From Eledone cirrhosa (lineage: Eukaryota), in contig OZ024743.1 of assembly GCA_964016885.1 (NCBI GenBank), positions 99,882,001-99,946,000 on the forward strand: DNA of 64,000 nucleotides, read 5' to 3'. Below the pieces are notes generated by a model. It saw only the letters and a program-made list of their open reading frames with translations, ran no database searches and had not been told where the DNA came from. Within the stretch, counting starts at the first letter, position 1; every line of letters starts with the position of its first letter. Below are positions 41,321-56,439 of this stretch, piece after piece. The translations under genes and the position numbers were made by a program.

Positions 41321-43690
41321 TCTGTCCCTTTGACAAGAAGAAGAAGAAGAAGAAGAAGAAGAAGAAGAAGAAGAAGAAGAAGAAGAAGATATAAAATAAA
41401 TACAAAACTAAATATAAATCAGAAACTTGTAAAAGTTTATTTTATATTATTTTAATTTATTATACAAGTGTCAGGTTTTGTCTAAAAAGTTCAATCAACC
41501 CCATCTAACTACATACACATGAACTTTCTCTCCTACATTTTTTTTCCATATCTTTCTCTTCTTCCTCTCATCCATCTTTCTATTTCTTCTTTTATCTCTC
41601 ATTCCATTTTCTCATGAAGAATTAATGCCCAAAATGTTAAGACTCTAAATATATCTATATCTAGTATACATAACATCCAATATTACAATCAGAAAGTACA
41701 TATCTCTATTTGTGTAAGACATCGAGCCTGCCTTTATATAGACCTATACTCATATGCTTCCATGTCTCTTTCTTCTTATAATATATATCATTATCATCAT
41801 CGTTTAACATCCATTTTCTACACTTGCATGGGTTAGACAGGTTGTCACATTAGGAGACAAATCAGGTCAGGATTCCAAGTCTTGCTCAAACAGATCTGTA
41901 TTTTGGCTTGGTTTCTATGACTGGGTTCCCTTCTTAATACCAACCTGTTATAGAGTGGTTTGGGTGCTTTTTATCGTGGCACCAAATATATATATATATA
42001 GAAACATGGCAAAAACACCCAACCCACACTGTAAAGTGGTTGTGTAGGTGTCATGACAAAAAACACCCAGCACACACTGTAAAGTGGTCGTGTAGGTGTC
42101 ATGACAAAAAGCACCCAGCACACACTGTAAATGTGGTTGGCATTAAGAAGGACATCCAGTTGTAGAAACCAACCTAAAATCAGTTCTGGGTGAGCAAAAC
42201 ATGGTCCTTCAACCTAGTCCTTCAACATTATTCTTAACTCCAAAGCCGAGAATCATTCGGTTTCCTAAATAGAATTTTAGTCTACGACTTCATTTATACC
42301 ATAAACGTGGTTTTGTCTTCGCGTGCAATTGTTTTCACCGCTCCAAATAATGACGTATTATCTTCGTCTTTTTCCGTTCTTTGCCAGGGAACGTTTCCAC
42401 GAACCAAAGTATCGTCTTCCTGTCTTCCTTCGGTTGCAACATTTTTCAAAATATTTACTCTGCGCTCACAGATTGATTTTTTTAGCTTCAGAAGATCCTG
42501 TTAAGGGTAAAAGCAGCGATTCTTTGCTTAAACTTTAATCTGTTATTTTAATAAATATATATATATATATTATTTAGCCTTAATTTTAATAACTATATTT
42601 CTTCTTTTCTCAAATTCTATTTCACTCATCAATATTTGCTACCTTATGTTATTTTCTTACATTCCAATTATTTTTTTTTATTTTTTTTTATTTTAAAAAG
42701 ATATTTTCTGGAAGACAGCTCCATCTAAGAAGATTGCATTTCTGATTGTCTAAATGTCTTTCTCCTCGTATATATGCTTTTGTATTACATTATAGTAAAT
42801 TAAATTATAGTAAATTATATTTATAGTAAAATAAAATAAATATCTCTGTGTATGTGAGAAAAAAATTAGTTTGGTGGTTGATTGTTACAAGTTGAAATTA
42901 GGTTTGACCAATAAATAGAATTCATTCATAAGAAATAAAAATCATTAATATTGAAAGATTGATTATGAGTAAATATTTGATATGACTCATTGAATAGCTA
43001 GTGTGAATAGTAGTTGTAACAATTATGCTGATTAAAAAATAAATTAACTTGCAGAAAGAAGATATGTGTGTATGCATGAATAGGAATTCTGAAATATCAA
43101 TACCACTAATGAAATATAGGTGGTGGATGGGGTCAACCAGATTGTTGGACTGAATGGAAAGAACTGGAATACAATGGACCTCCTCAGACAATGAGTGTTC
43201 CAGTTGTTTATACAATGGAATAGATGGCTCATGAAACTAATGTGTAAGTGGCTGAATATTCTACAGACACGTGTACCTTTAATGTAATTCTTGGTGAGAT
43301 TGAGCGTGACACAATGGATGAAGAGTTTGGAGCTTCCCAAACAGTTTCCATCTACTAAATTTCACTCACAAGTCACTCTGACTATGATAAATGCCACTTA
43401 TCCAAAATGCCGCCCCACAGTGGGAATGAACCCAAGAACTGATGATTGTCAAGCAAACTTCTTATCCATTTGATCATGCTGTGTCCACATTGAACTGAAT
43501 GTAATGCAGTGAATTGAGTAGTTAGGGTGTCAAATTAGATTCTTTGGTATTTGTTCCAGCTGTGCAGTCAGTTAAAATTCTACCAAGGTTAAAGATTTTA
43601 ATGAAACCAGGGGTGGTTTGGTGCAGATTGATATCAAAAGAGTTAAATACTTAGTAATATAACTGATTAGGCCAATAATTACAAGTTTAA

Positions 43691-44075
43691 TCATCATCAT
43701 CATTTTCCCTGCTTGCAAGGGTGGGACGGGTCCTATTCAGCACATCATCTCGCCACTTGTCACGGTCCTTCGTCATCTCTTCTGTGAGCTTCAGAGATCT
43801 GAGGTCTGCTCTCACCACCTCTGCCCATGTTTTTCATGGTCTTCCTCTACTCCGGCTTCCTTCTACTGGGATTTCTTGGCACTTCTTTACCCATTGGTCA
43901 TCCTCCATCCACATCACATGTCCATACCATCGCAGTCTTCTCTCCTGCACACCACAACCTATCCCTCTTATACACAGTTTCACTCTCAACTCCTCTATGC
44001 TTGGTCGTTCACGCACATTGACATTGCACATCCATCGGAGTATGCTTGCTTCATTTCTCTCCAGCCATCGCATAT
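43691..44075 (-). mobile_element. RTE LINE 3' fragment
   Basis: LERNEASILRWMC..RRLRWYGHV..RGRP. Confidence 0.85.
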
Positions 44076-44415
44076 CATAAACATATAATGAGGATATAAA
44101 TACAGCAGACCCAACAATTTCTGATTATCAGGCTTTTTACTTGGGCTAAAATATTCAGTTCCATCAAACACAATAGAGGTGCTGTGGGATTAAGGAGTTG
44201 GTTTGGGAACCACATACTTTCAGGTTTAGTCATCCTGTATGGCACCTTGGGCAAGTATCTTTACCATAAATCCAGGTTGACCAATGCCTTGAGAGTGAAA
44301 TCTGGAAGACGGAAACTGTGTGGAGGCTCATCAAATGTGTGTGTGAGAGAGAGAGAGAGTGTGTGTGTGTGTGTTGTGAGAGAGAGAGAGAGAGGGAGAG
44401 AGTGTGAGAGAGAGA

Positions 44416-44609
<194 letters not shown>

Positions 44610-45699
44610 ATACCTGTATTTACATTTACTGTTTGTTTATGTCCCATAACTTAACAGCTCAACAAAAAAGGTATAAAAAAAATAAATACCAGACTTGAAA
44701 AAAAGGTACTGGGATTGATACTGTCAACTAAATCAAGGTGGAGCTCCAGCATGGCCACAGTCTAATGACTGAAACCAGTACAATAATAAAACAGTAATAT
44801 TTTCATTTGATACATCTATCTTTTTCAGACAATGTTTAGGATGTATTGCTGATATCTGATGTTTTAATTGGAACATTCCAACCACTATTTTTTTATTAAA
44901 ATGAATCAATCTATTCTATATCATTAATATTTCCAGTATTTCAGGTTGGCAAGTCCTATATATGAATATCATCACATTTTTTTTATTACCATCTACAATT
45001 GACATTTTCCACCACATCTTGACAGAACGCTGTATACAAAGTTTTATAGTTCATTCTTAAGGTATTTTGTCACAATCTCTTGTTTCCTGATTACAAAGAT
45101 ATTTCCAGTGTGATATATGATGTAGAGTATTTGATACTACATTGATACTACAACATCTGCTCTTTCTTTTGAAACTATAGCAATTTTATAGGTTGTAGAT
45201 TTAACCCTTCAGCATTTGTCTGACACTTTAATGACTCTCACCAATTAAAAATAATGATAATGATAACTCTTACAAAACTGATTTGATAGTCAGGATGAGC
45301 AAAGTTTGGCCAAGAATGAATAATTAATTAATTATGTGAATAATTAATTATTAAGTACTATTAGAAGAGCTAATCAGAACTGGCAATAGGCACTGAGTTG
45401 GTGAATATTGATGTGGAATAGATCTAAGGTGCCATTGTAATAACTAAACACTCATGGAGTACAAACTGGACTTTCCACTTTACATTCTTTTATTTCAATT
45501 ACTGGTTTCAGTCATTAGTCTGTGGCCATACTGGGGCACCACCTTCAAAGACTTTTAGTCAGTCATATCGACTCCAGTACTTATTATTTATATCTAATAT
45601 TATTTATTTTATTGATCTCTATTTATTGAACCACTATGATGAATTGTGGGACATAAGCAAACAGTACACATAAACACAGACACACACATACATACATCT

Positions 45700-45738
<39 letters not shown>

Positions 45739-46714
45739 AGAGAGAGATGCATATATATATATATATATATTGGCATCAGTGAGTGGGCTTCTTAAAATCT
45801 CTGACCTCTCCAATATCACCAATGGCAACCACACACACATACACCAATGAATTGAGATGACAGTAAAAACATACATTCTGTTTCCTTTGACAATTCTTCA
45901 ACTCCAATACTATAGTACTTGAAACCCTTATACACATAGACAAAGAAACATACACACACATGCACATATGCATGGGCACACACACATACTCACACAGCCA
46001 CTCCCTGAAAATATAAAATACATAAACAATTAATTCTAGAACTTACATTAATGGCCTTTAAAGAGTCAATATCTGGACTGCTTCTCCTCTTACCAACACC
46101 TAAATCACCTTAGGCCACACACCTTGTACCATTCAAAAATGTCCCCAGTACACCATATAAGGTGGTTGGTGATAGGAAGGACATCCAGTTGTAGAAACTG
46201 TGCCAAAAAGGGTTGAGAGAACTCTTCAGTTATGTCAAACAAATTTACAACATCCCTAGTGCTGGTGCCACAATCACATGTACCTAGTTCTCTCTGTGGA
46301 TTGCAAGGAACATATGTCAGCAAAAAATAGGTCCCCTACCTGTCTCAGAGGTCAATAGCTCATATACACATGTGTGTGTGTCTGTGTGTGTGTATACCCC
46401 TTGTCAGAACATCTAAGAGAGAGAAAGCTCTGAACACACACTGTAGTAGAGAAGAACTAGGAGATGACTACTCTAATATAAGACCTGATAGTTTAGTGTG
46501 GCACAGTCATAATTTATGTGCCATTGGAAACTTCTCAAACAGTAGACTGCAAGCAATACAAGCTCAATCCACTTTAATCACACTCAAACACAGGTGGTCA
46601 TATGTCTTTTCGAGGTCTACAATGCAAGAATACAACTTGTGAAAAGAAAACTGTTTTCAAAGACCTGCTGTAGTATAAATATGTAGTTGGCTCTGCTGTG
46701 TCTGGGGCAAAACC

Positions 46715-47515
46715 ACACTGTTCATCATCTCGTGCTGAATTTCATCCTCCCCAGCAGCCTTGCCATATTTGAGCTCTTTAATAGCTCTTGTGACCTCAGC
46801 CTCAGAAAGATTAGTCATCACTCCCAGATGCAGCTCATGTACATCAGAAGATGGTGTTGTGATCAGGTTTAGGAGATCAGCAAAGTATTCTCTCCACTTC
46901 ACCAGGATGCACCTCTCCGAAGAGAGGAGAACCCCAGACACATTCCTGATAGCAGGTGTGGAGGAGGACGTCTTATTATGTAGTCAGTGGATGGTCTGCC
47001 AGAACACTTTATTTGCTGATCTGAAGTCAATTTCAGCTTAACCCCAAAGTCCTCCCATGTCTTAACTTTGGACACCTTTACTGTCTCTAACTGTGATTCT
47101 TCAAGTTTGTTTGTACCGCAAGTTTAAGGAGGTTTTATTTCCAAGCCAAGCTTTGTAGGCCTCCTTCTTTGCTTGGATGACATCTTTGACCTCTTGACTG
47201 AATCAAAGAGTCCTCCTGCCATCTGGCATCACATCAAGCCTCTTTGCCTAAAGCATTTAACTGGTGAGCTGAACAATATCCACTCCATTTCAATGTCCTC
47301 AGTTTGCTCAGAGAGTTCTCTGAATTTGGATGCAATATCTGCATACCTGGTCCTGACTTCCTTATCCACCAACGCTTCCCCCTTTATCCTGTAGGTCGAC
47401 CTGGACCTGCCAGTTTTGTGGATTTATATGACTTTAGGTAATCTCAAGTTAGAAATAAGTAGCTGGTGGTTAGTTGACAGCTCAGCCCCTCTCTTAACAC
47501 AAACATCCAGCACAT
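46715..47515 (-). mobile_element. Degenerate LINE fragment (APE-RT linker)
   Basis: KWREYFADLLN..EAEVTRAIKELKYGKAAGEDEI motif. Confidence 0.7.
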
Positions 47516-47590
47516 ACTCAGAGGATGATGACATTCAAAATCAAGGAGACATCCATCATGTATATATCAATATTTACAGGTATATTTATA

Positions 47591-49800
47591 CAGCTATCCC
47601 TTGCTTAACACAATTAACATCAAAACTGTGTTCATCAAATTTAATAATCAATGTTAATAACAATAATTAACCCTTTTGATACCAAACTGCCCGAAACCAC
47701 ACCTGGCTCTATGCTACACATCTGTTTGGTCTAAAGTGTTTTTATTTATCTAAAGGCATACCATCATAATTTTCTGTAAGAACTTTTGTTAAGTTATATT
47801 CCATACATTAGATAAATAAGGAGAAAGTTATATAACTAAATCTCTCCATTTTCTTAATAATTTTCTAAATTATTTGAAATCCATAGGCAGTGCCTTTCAT
47901 TAGAAATATGGTAACAAAAGTGTTAATCTTGCAAAATATAAAATGCAAAACACTTTACTGTAAAGATTGAATTACCAAGAACCAATTGATGATCAGTTTG
48001 AATAGTGAAGCTTCAGCAAATGGGCATACTTCTATTGACATTCAGATCCATTTTTGTTTGACCAATTCTATATTTCCCACCCAAAAAATTATTTCCTTTC
48101 AAACATTTTATGTTTCTTCATATTCTTTTTCTTCTTCTTCCTCATATTCTCTCCAATACTCAATTCCAATGAGATCATCATCACTTAAACCTTTTGACAC
48201 CAACCCAGCTGAGACTACTTCTTATTTCATGATACAAATCCTTTCAGTTTAAGCTGTTCATATTTAAGTTAGTTCATATCATCATAATTTTATCTCAGAA
48301 ACTTTTATGTTCCAAACATCAGCTTAATAGTAAAAAAAAATGTTAGTTATTTTACTAACACTCTTCATTTCTCATTAATTTCTAAATTAATTGAGACACA
48401 TAGTTAGGGTATTTCATTAAAAGTAGGGAAATGAAAGGGTTAAGTTATCTTAAATGTGAAACCAATAATTCTTGAATATTTCTTGAATCAACATCCTCAA
48501 TATTATCAATGACTTTGTTTATTGGATTTCTCAAACCACAACATCTTCAATTTCAACATTTTCCAATCAGCATCATCCTCAATGACTTTGTTTACTCTAT
48601 TTTTGAAGTCACTAAAATCATTAATGCTTTCAGGCAAAGGATTTGGCCGCACTACTCTCATACAGCCAATTGCCATTTTTTCCCATGACTCATCAATAAT
48701 TGCAATTGCTTGTTTCATGTTAAATTTTTTCTAAACTTCTTGAGGAGTAATAGTATCTTCTCCAGTGTAACTTTAATTGCCTGTGAGAACATTTTTGAAT
48801 ATAATGCACATTGAATGAAGCCTTTGTTCCCAGCTCCGTGGGATGTAACAATGATGTATTTGGTGATAAAAATACAACCTGCACATCATTAAATGTGTTA
48901 GGATGGTCAGGGACATTACCAAGAATCAAAGGAACTTTGAAAGCTAAATCTAATTTTTAACTTCCAAAAACAAACGTGACGTGAACAAATCTTCAAACAA
49001 GACTTTATTGACCCCTGTCATTTTATTTGATCCCCAAATTACTGTACAAGATGCTGCATCCTTTTAACTATGTTTCTTATGAAATACTTTGAATTTGTTT
49101 CCATTAATTTTGAAAATAAACAAGATTTGGGAAGGTATTAGTGAAACAACTTTTTCATTAACAACAAAGTTCTTATATTAAATGATGGAAGGTTATGGAC
49201 ACTTTAAAATGGACTGTTTAATCACAGAACCAGGAGCAGTTTTTGGCAGGTTGGTATTGAAAGGGTTAAAGCACTCAAGTTATCAATCAATAAATAAACA
49301 GCTATTATTGATGTCCTCTACAACAATGCCTCCAAATAAAAGATTTAAGTGACATATTTTTGTTTTAACAAAATTGCAATGCTTAACATTTTTGCCCATC
49401 GAAATTTTTAATGGTTATTTCTTTCAAAAAAAGTTAGTTTCACCCATGTTGAAGATTTAACGATCATTGTAATTATATTGTTGGAATATTTTCTTTAATG
49501 TATCAGGATATTTAACTGCAGCATCTTCTTCTTCAGTTACAGGTTCACCTGTTATTCCATGTATTTCACTCCTGCTCAAGTTTTGAATTCTTCTAATCAC
49601 ACTTTACAAGCATAAAATGTTACTGTCACCCCTTGATATTTCTTTCAGTTGAGAAAAAGGTTAAGAGCTTTCATCATATTATTGTTAGCAACTGGAATTT
49701 GCTTCTCACTATAATTTTCCAACCAAAGTTTTATTATCTTCCAACCCAAACATCATTGGACTTTGATTATAAGGACATTAAATATTTAATGACCAAGATA
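47591..49800 (-). mobile_element. Decayed Tigger/pogo (CENP-B-like DDE) transposon
   Basis: Frameshifted motifs ITGEP..DAAVKYPDTLKKI..IFNMGE, ILGNVPDHP..VVFLSPNTSLLHP, acidic tail; TA+CAG..CCCTTGCTTAAC TIR-like end at 47589. Confidence 0.75.
47667..47926 (+). mobile_element. TTAA-flanked MITE (piggyBac-like; TIR TTAACCCTTT/AAAGGGTTAA)
   Basis: TTAACCCTTTTGATACC..GGTAACAAAAGTGTTAA. Related copies at 4442-4690, 9826-10098, 21339-21572, 48186-48443, 49060-49268, 20115-20363. Confidence 0.65.
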
Positions 49801-52049
49801 CTATTTTAATTTGACCCCAGTACCCATTCACTTTTTCAAAATTAGTTTGCCAGCTCCTCTCAAAATCTGTATCTACAGTCCATGAGATTCAGCTGGCATT
49901 CAAATTACTCAAATGAAAACACCCAAGAATCTTCACATGATACTTGTAGAAAGCCATGTTTCATGTGAATAAAGAAGAGAGGTCAATACACATGAATGGT
50001 ATACAGCAGTTTTTGTTAAACTCATTTTGACATGTTGAGACTGGACATAAGACTCAAAAGCCCAAACAGAATCAGTTGCTTTTTGATGTTTTAGAGAAAT
50101 TATGTAAGGATCAAGAGCAGCTGAGTGTGCTAACCAGATAAACTTGTCTACAACTTTCAGTTCTGTACATTCAACTATGATATAGGGCTTAACATAGTTT
50201 CCTGGAGTGACTGGAACATTACAATGGTCTTGTCTAGGCTAGTGTTGAGTTCAAATACCTTACAAGATGTAGAAATATAATCCGAGAGAATTAGCATATC
50301 TTCAGCAGTATGTACAACTAAGTCACAATAAACTGTACAAAGGAGTTCTTAATATATTTGAAAAAATGTTCTTTTAATAGTTAACCAAAGATTTAATACA
50401 ATACACATTTGCTGTTTCAAAGTTAAATCATATTTTATATTCACATAATAAAGATAAATTCGACATCAGCCAGATTCAAACTCATAACATAAAAGGGGGC
50501 CTTTAAATAATAAATGAATCCCCTCCAAAAAAGTAACAGGGTTATCAAGAGTTAATGCACACATGGTTCTAATTTACAATCAACTGAGTATTAGCAAGTC
50601 AAACTACACAACATACGTAAATGACCAGTTGCTCATCTCTCTCACCCCCCCCCCTCTCTTTTTATATATATATATCATCATCCTCATCACCGTTTTACGT
50701 CCATTCTTCCACGCTAGTATGGGTTAGATGGGTTGTCCTGTAGTGGCCAGTGCCCGGTCGGCTGACCATGTCTTCCTCATACGGGAACTGATTCTGGCTT
50801 GATTCCTACAGCTGGATGCCCTCCCTAACACCAACCTCATTTACAGTGAGTGCTGGATGCGTTTTTGCTGTGGTACCTCCACGACCACTTTGCAGTGGGA
50901 AGGGGTGGGGGCATATTGTCTATATGCTTCAGCTTCAGCTTGTACCCGTCGGGGGTCGAGTCTTCTGTATTACTGCGTGGCACCATATATAATGTTTAAT
51001 ATAGAAATGGCTTCTACATTACTAGAACTGTTTCATTCAAAATATATATATATATATGTATGATAAAATGTTCACAGTACTCTCTGTAAAATGGTTAACA
51101 GTAGAAAGGGCATCTACCTGTAGAAAGCATGGCAAAACTTTTCCCCCCACCTCATCTAGGAGGACAGTAGCTCAGATTAAGTAGAGGGTGTATTACTGGG
51201 TGCATTTATCATGAAGATCACCAACACTAGGGAGGCTGTCATGTTGTTGACACAACTTATGGGTCCTCCCAAACCTTTCTACAGTTGGATGCCTAGCACC
51301 AACCACTTTACAGCATGAACTGGCTGTGTTTATCATGGAGATCTCCAACACTAGAGAGGTGGCTGCACTGTAACCTGACTGAAGGGTCCTCTCGGCCCAT
51401 TTTTTTTAGGCATGGTTTCTACGACGGGGTACCCTTCTTGAGCCAAGCACTCATAGGGAGGGACGATAGGAGGGGGATAAGAATGAAGCTATGGTAAGTG
51501 TGATATGATTTGACAGACTGATGAGTGGGGAAGGGAATGCGATGATGAGAACACTGACATGGGGTTGACATGGATTGTTTGGTCATTAACACTAGGATGA
51601 GGATGGCACTCACCAGTGCCAGGAATGGGAAGTGTAGTGATGGAGAAAATAGCTAATGAGTGATAGTGAGGCTATCTAAGGGTTTTAGGGGGCGGAGAGC
51701 AGCTAAAGAATTAATAAAGGAGGGGCAAGGATGGAGTGGGAGGGATGTAGTGATTGTTAGGATAGCTGCTAGGGAGTGCTAATGGAGGGAGCATGGGTGA
51801 GATGCATAAGAGTGAGGGGAATGGTTACTAGAGTGTGATAGTGAGGTTATCTAGAGGTTTTTGAGGGGGTAGCAGCTAAGGAATGAATGCTGAGGAGCAT
51901 AGGGGGTGTAGTGATGGTGAGGATAGCTGCTAGTGAGTAGAAGGTGAGGGCACAGAAATGTCAGGCCACATTGTATGCTGTTAAGGAATACTACTGGAAG
52001 CAGGTGGTCATGGGAATAAGTCAGGCCTTATTGAATGCTGTTGGCTAGG

Positions 52050-52782
52050 TCTTCACCCTCGCAGCCCTCACAGACCTTTGAAATTTTTGTTTCGAGATTT
52101 AGTTTTTGAAGGTTGGTCTTCACAACCTTATCTCATGTCTTCCTGGGTCTTCCTCTTCCATGGGTCCCAGCCACTGGGGTTTCTCTGCAGTTTTATGTAG
52201 CTGCTATCGTCCATATGCATCACACATCTATACCAATACAGTCTTCTCTCCTGCATACTACATCCAATCCCTCTAATGCCTAGTTTTTTCCTTAATTTGC
52301 TTATGCTATGCTGCTTGTGCACTAACATTACACATCCATTGGAGCACACTCAATTTGTTTCTTTCTTGCCTTCACAGGTCTTCTGCAATGAAGGACCATG
52401 GTTCACTGCCATGTAGCATCACAGTCCACACACAAGCATCATACAGTCTACCCTTCACTATAAGAGTAAAGCCCTTTGTTGTCAGCAATGATAACAGCTC
52501 TCTAAACTTCTTCCAGCTTGTTGTTATCCTAGCTATCATAATTTCGGAACACCCTCCTCCACTGCTAATTTGATCTCCTAGGTAACAAAAGCTGTCAACT
52601 ACTTCTAAGGAGCCTCCCTGGCAACTCAAGGGATCTATTTCATGTGTTCTCTTAGAGATTACTTCTATGCATCTTCCACATATACAGTCTATCATTTCCA
52701 TTAGTCTGCCTACAATCCCACTACATGTCTTGTGCATCCACAAATTACACTGTGTGCTCCTTATAGAATTACTACCCACCCC
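52050..52782 (-). mobile_element. Degenerate RTE LINE fragment
   Basis: LEVVDSFCYLGDQISSGGGCSE..MLHGSEPW with frameshifts. Confidence 0.8.
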
Positions 52783-52815
<33 letters not shown>

Positions 52816-52969
52816 TAGGAAGGACATCCAGCTGTAGAAATCAAGCCAAAATCAGTTCCCGTATTAGCAAGACAAGGTCAGCCGACTGGGCACTGCCCAC
52901 AACAGGACAACCCATCTAACCCATGCTAGCGTGGAAGAATGGACATAAAATTGTGATCATGAGGATGAT

Positions 52970-53239
52970 GATCATCATCATCATCATCATTTTATGTCCG
53001 CTTTTCCCTGCTTGCAAGGGTGGGACGGGAACTGATTCTGGCTTGATTTCTACAGCTGGATGCCCTTCCTAACACCAACCTCATTTACAGTGAGTGCTGG
53101 GTGCTTTTTTTCCGTGGCACCTCCACGATCACTTTGCAGTGGAATGATATGGACCCCAGTCCCTATTATCTCATTTCTACAGCTGAGTAAACTGGAGCAA
53201 TGTGAAATAAAGTGTCTTGCTCAAGGAAACAACACATCA

Positions 53240-53241
<2 letters not shown>
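52970..53241 (-). mobile_element. SINE family A, 5'-truncated
   Basis: Reverse complement of the family A body and tail. Related older copies at 50680-50900, 41790-41985, 52815-52970, 55780-55925, 57060-57185. Confidence 0.8.
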
Positions 53242-53308
<67 letters not shown>

Positions 53309-53554
53309 ATATATGATATATATATATATTGTTATACATTAATTTTTTTATTGGAAACATGACCCTTCCAAAGTATCACAATACCCGTTTCAACACACGA
53401 TTTCACATCATGAATTCTACATGATTAGAACTGTTTCATATTAATGAAACAATTCTAGACTTATTGACGTCATTTTTCTGTTAAATAAATATGCGTATTC
53501 TCTTCCTGATCCCCTTCAGGATACCGTCCTTAATTTTATATATATGCATATATA

Positions 53555-54201
53555 TCATCATCATCATCATCATCATTTTACGTCCGCTTTTCCCTGCTTG
53601 CAAGTGTGGGACGGGTCTTATTCAGCACAGCATCTCTCCACTCGTCACGGTCCTTCGTCATCTCCACCGTGAGCTTCAATGATCTGAGGTCTGTTCTCAC
53701 CACCTCCGCCCATGTTTTTCGTGGTCTACCTCTACCACGTCTTCCTTCAACTGGCATTTCCTGGCACTTCTTCACCCATCGGTCATCCTCCATGCGCATC
53801 ACATGTCCATACCACCTCAATCTCCTCTCCCGTACACTACATTCTATCCCTCTATCCAGTTTCTCTCTCAACACATTTATGCTGGGTCGTTCACGCACAT
53901 TTACACTGCACATCCAACGGAGCATGCTTGCCTCATTTCTCTCCAGCCGTCGCATATCCTCTGCAGTTGCTGCCCATGTCTCACTACCATGCAGCATCGC
54001 GCTCCTCACACAGGCATCATACAACCGGCCTTTCGTACGCAGGGAGAAACCCTTCTTCGTCAACAGAGGAAGCAGCTCCCTAAACTTCTTCCAACCTGTC
54101 CTTATTCTAGATACTATGGCCTCAGAACACCCTCCTCCCATGCTAATCTGATCTCCTAGGTACCAGAAGCTATCAACCACTTCTATAGCGCCCTCCTGCA
54201 T
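53555..54201 (-). mobile_element. RTE-clade LINE 3' fragment (RT C-terminus), (ATG)n tail
   Basis: 207-aa ORF with EVVDSFWYLGD, MLHGSETW, RRLRWYGHVMRM, RGRGRPRKTW; ends ..SREKRT* followed by ATG repeats. Confidence 0.9.
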
Positions 54202-54294
54202 TTGAAAAATGTGTCTATCAATGCGACTTCTACTGTCTAATTTCCCTGTACATCTACTGCATACATATTTCTATATATATATATTTACATATAA

Positions 54295-54645
54295 ATGAAA
54301 GACAGGTTGTATGAAGCTTGTGTGTGAACAGCAAAACTGTATGGAAGTGAGACCCGAGCAATATGTGCAGAGGACCTACAAAAATTGGAGAAAAACGGAG
54401 CTTACATGCTCCGATGGATGTGTAATAGTAGTGTGCAGTGAACAGAGAGAGAAACTAGGCAAAGAGGGGTCAGCTGCAGTGGACAGGAGAGACAAATGCA
54501 GTGGTTTGAATATGTGATGCATATGGATGATGACAGATGTATAAAGAGGGGCAAGGCATTCAAAGGTGGAAGACCTAGGAAAACTTGGGATGAAGTGATA
54601 AAAGCTGACCTTGCCCAAGTAAACCTCACAAAGGAGATGACACTG
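54295..54645 (+). mobile_element. Degenerate RTE LINE fragment
   Basis: YGSET-like and GGRPRKTWDEVI motifs. Confidence 0.7.
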
Positions 54646-56439
54646 GAAGGGTATCCAGCTGTAGAAACCAAGCCAAAATACAGATCCGTATGAGCAAGAC
54701 ATGGTCTCTGGACATGACTTGTCTCATAATATGACAACCCATCTAACCCATGCAAGCATGGAAAATGGGTGTTAAATGATGATGATGATGATGATTTAAC
54801 CTGAATAATGCATTGAGATTAACACACATGAAAATATTAGTGGAGTTCTCCAATTTCAATTACTCTCCTATATATATGTGTGTGTGTGTGTCTGTATTTG
54901 TATATAAATATATATGTATACAAATAGATGCAACGTGGTCAGATGGTTAAGAAGTTCGCTTCGTAACCATTAGATCCTGAGTTTGATCCCATTATGGGCT
55001 ATCGTAGGCAAGTGTCATTAACTATAGCCTCGGGTTGGCCCATTTACCATAGTGTTGAGAGGCCTGTCAAATGGACTGTACCTGTAATTGAAAGAGCCAA
55101 CCTTGTCACCCAATGTGTCACACTGAATCTCCTTTAGAATTATCATATGGGTGCATGCTTGTGGAATGCTCAGCCACTTACATGTTAATTTCATGAGTAG
55201 GCTGTTTTGTTGATCAAACAACTGGAACACCCATAGTTGAAACCAATGGAGTGGTGGTCCATTTATATATATATATAAACAAACAATTATCATCATCATT
55301 TAAGGTCCATTCGTCCCTACTGGCATGTGTTGGACAAACTGTCATAGATTAATTCAGTAATTGTAGCAACCATCCTTCTAGAACAGCCAGTGGCCACATC
55401 TGGCTTACATTCCAGGTTTGGCATGGCTTCTACAGCTGGATTCCATTCTTATCACCAACCATTTGACAATATACTGGTTATGTTTTATCATGCCAGCAGC
55501 ACTAGAGAGTTTGTAATGTCTGTGATGTGACTGAGGCGCCCTCTCAACATATTTTGGCATAGTTTCTTCAGCTGGATTCCCTTCCTAGGACCAACCACAT
55601 TACAGAGTGTAATGTGAATATTTTCTCATGGCACCAGTACTAGGGAGGTTATCACGTCATTGATAGAGCTCTTTCTACCTTATGCTGTTCTTAGTGGATG
55701 AGTTTCATAAAGTTCACAGAATGTGATGAGTGTATTGTGGTACCAACAGTAGGGAAGTTGCTTTGTTCCAAAGTAAATGTGGTTAGGTAGGGCATCCAGC
55801 CATAGAAACCAAGACAAAAACAGTTCTGTGTGAGCAAGACACAATCACCTGACCCAACTTGCCTCAAACGGGACAACCATCTAACCCATGCTAGTGTGGA
55901 AAAGTGGACATTAAACAGTGATGATGATATATATATATTCGAAGATCCCCTTCAGTCACAAATGACCATGTGATTTAGACCTAGAGAATTTCCCTCCAAG
56001 GCACAAGTCCGGGCAAGATTGTTGAGGAAGACCAGTAGTTGCCCATGCATACCAGCCTTCCTTCTCCATGCCACTGATGATGTCCAAGGGAACGACTATG
56101 GCCGATACACCAGTAATGTCACAACTCATTTCTACAGCTGAGTGAACTGGACTCATTTGGAGTTCATCCCAATTTCATTTGTGTTGAGCAACAGATATGA
56201 TATTCCCCACCACCTACTACATGGCACCAGTTTATCACAAAGTTAAATCTTACATGCTTCTGGTACTCGTGTTTTTGTAGTGTAGACTAGTGCAACATGA
56301 AATCAAGTGTTTTGCTCAAGAACACAATGCGAGCCCAATATATATGTATATATAAACAGGTAAGGAGGACTTTATGCAGTTGATGTTCAAGGACAATTCA
56401 TAGTAAGAGTGCCAGTGATACAAATCTTCCCCAATCCCA

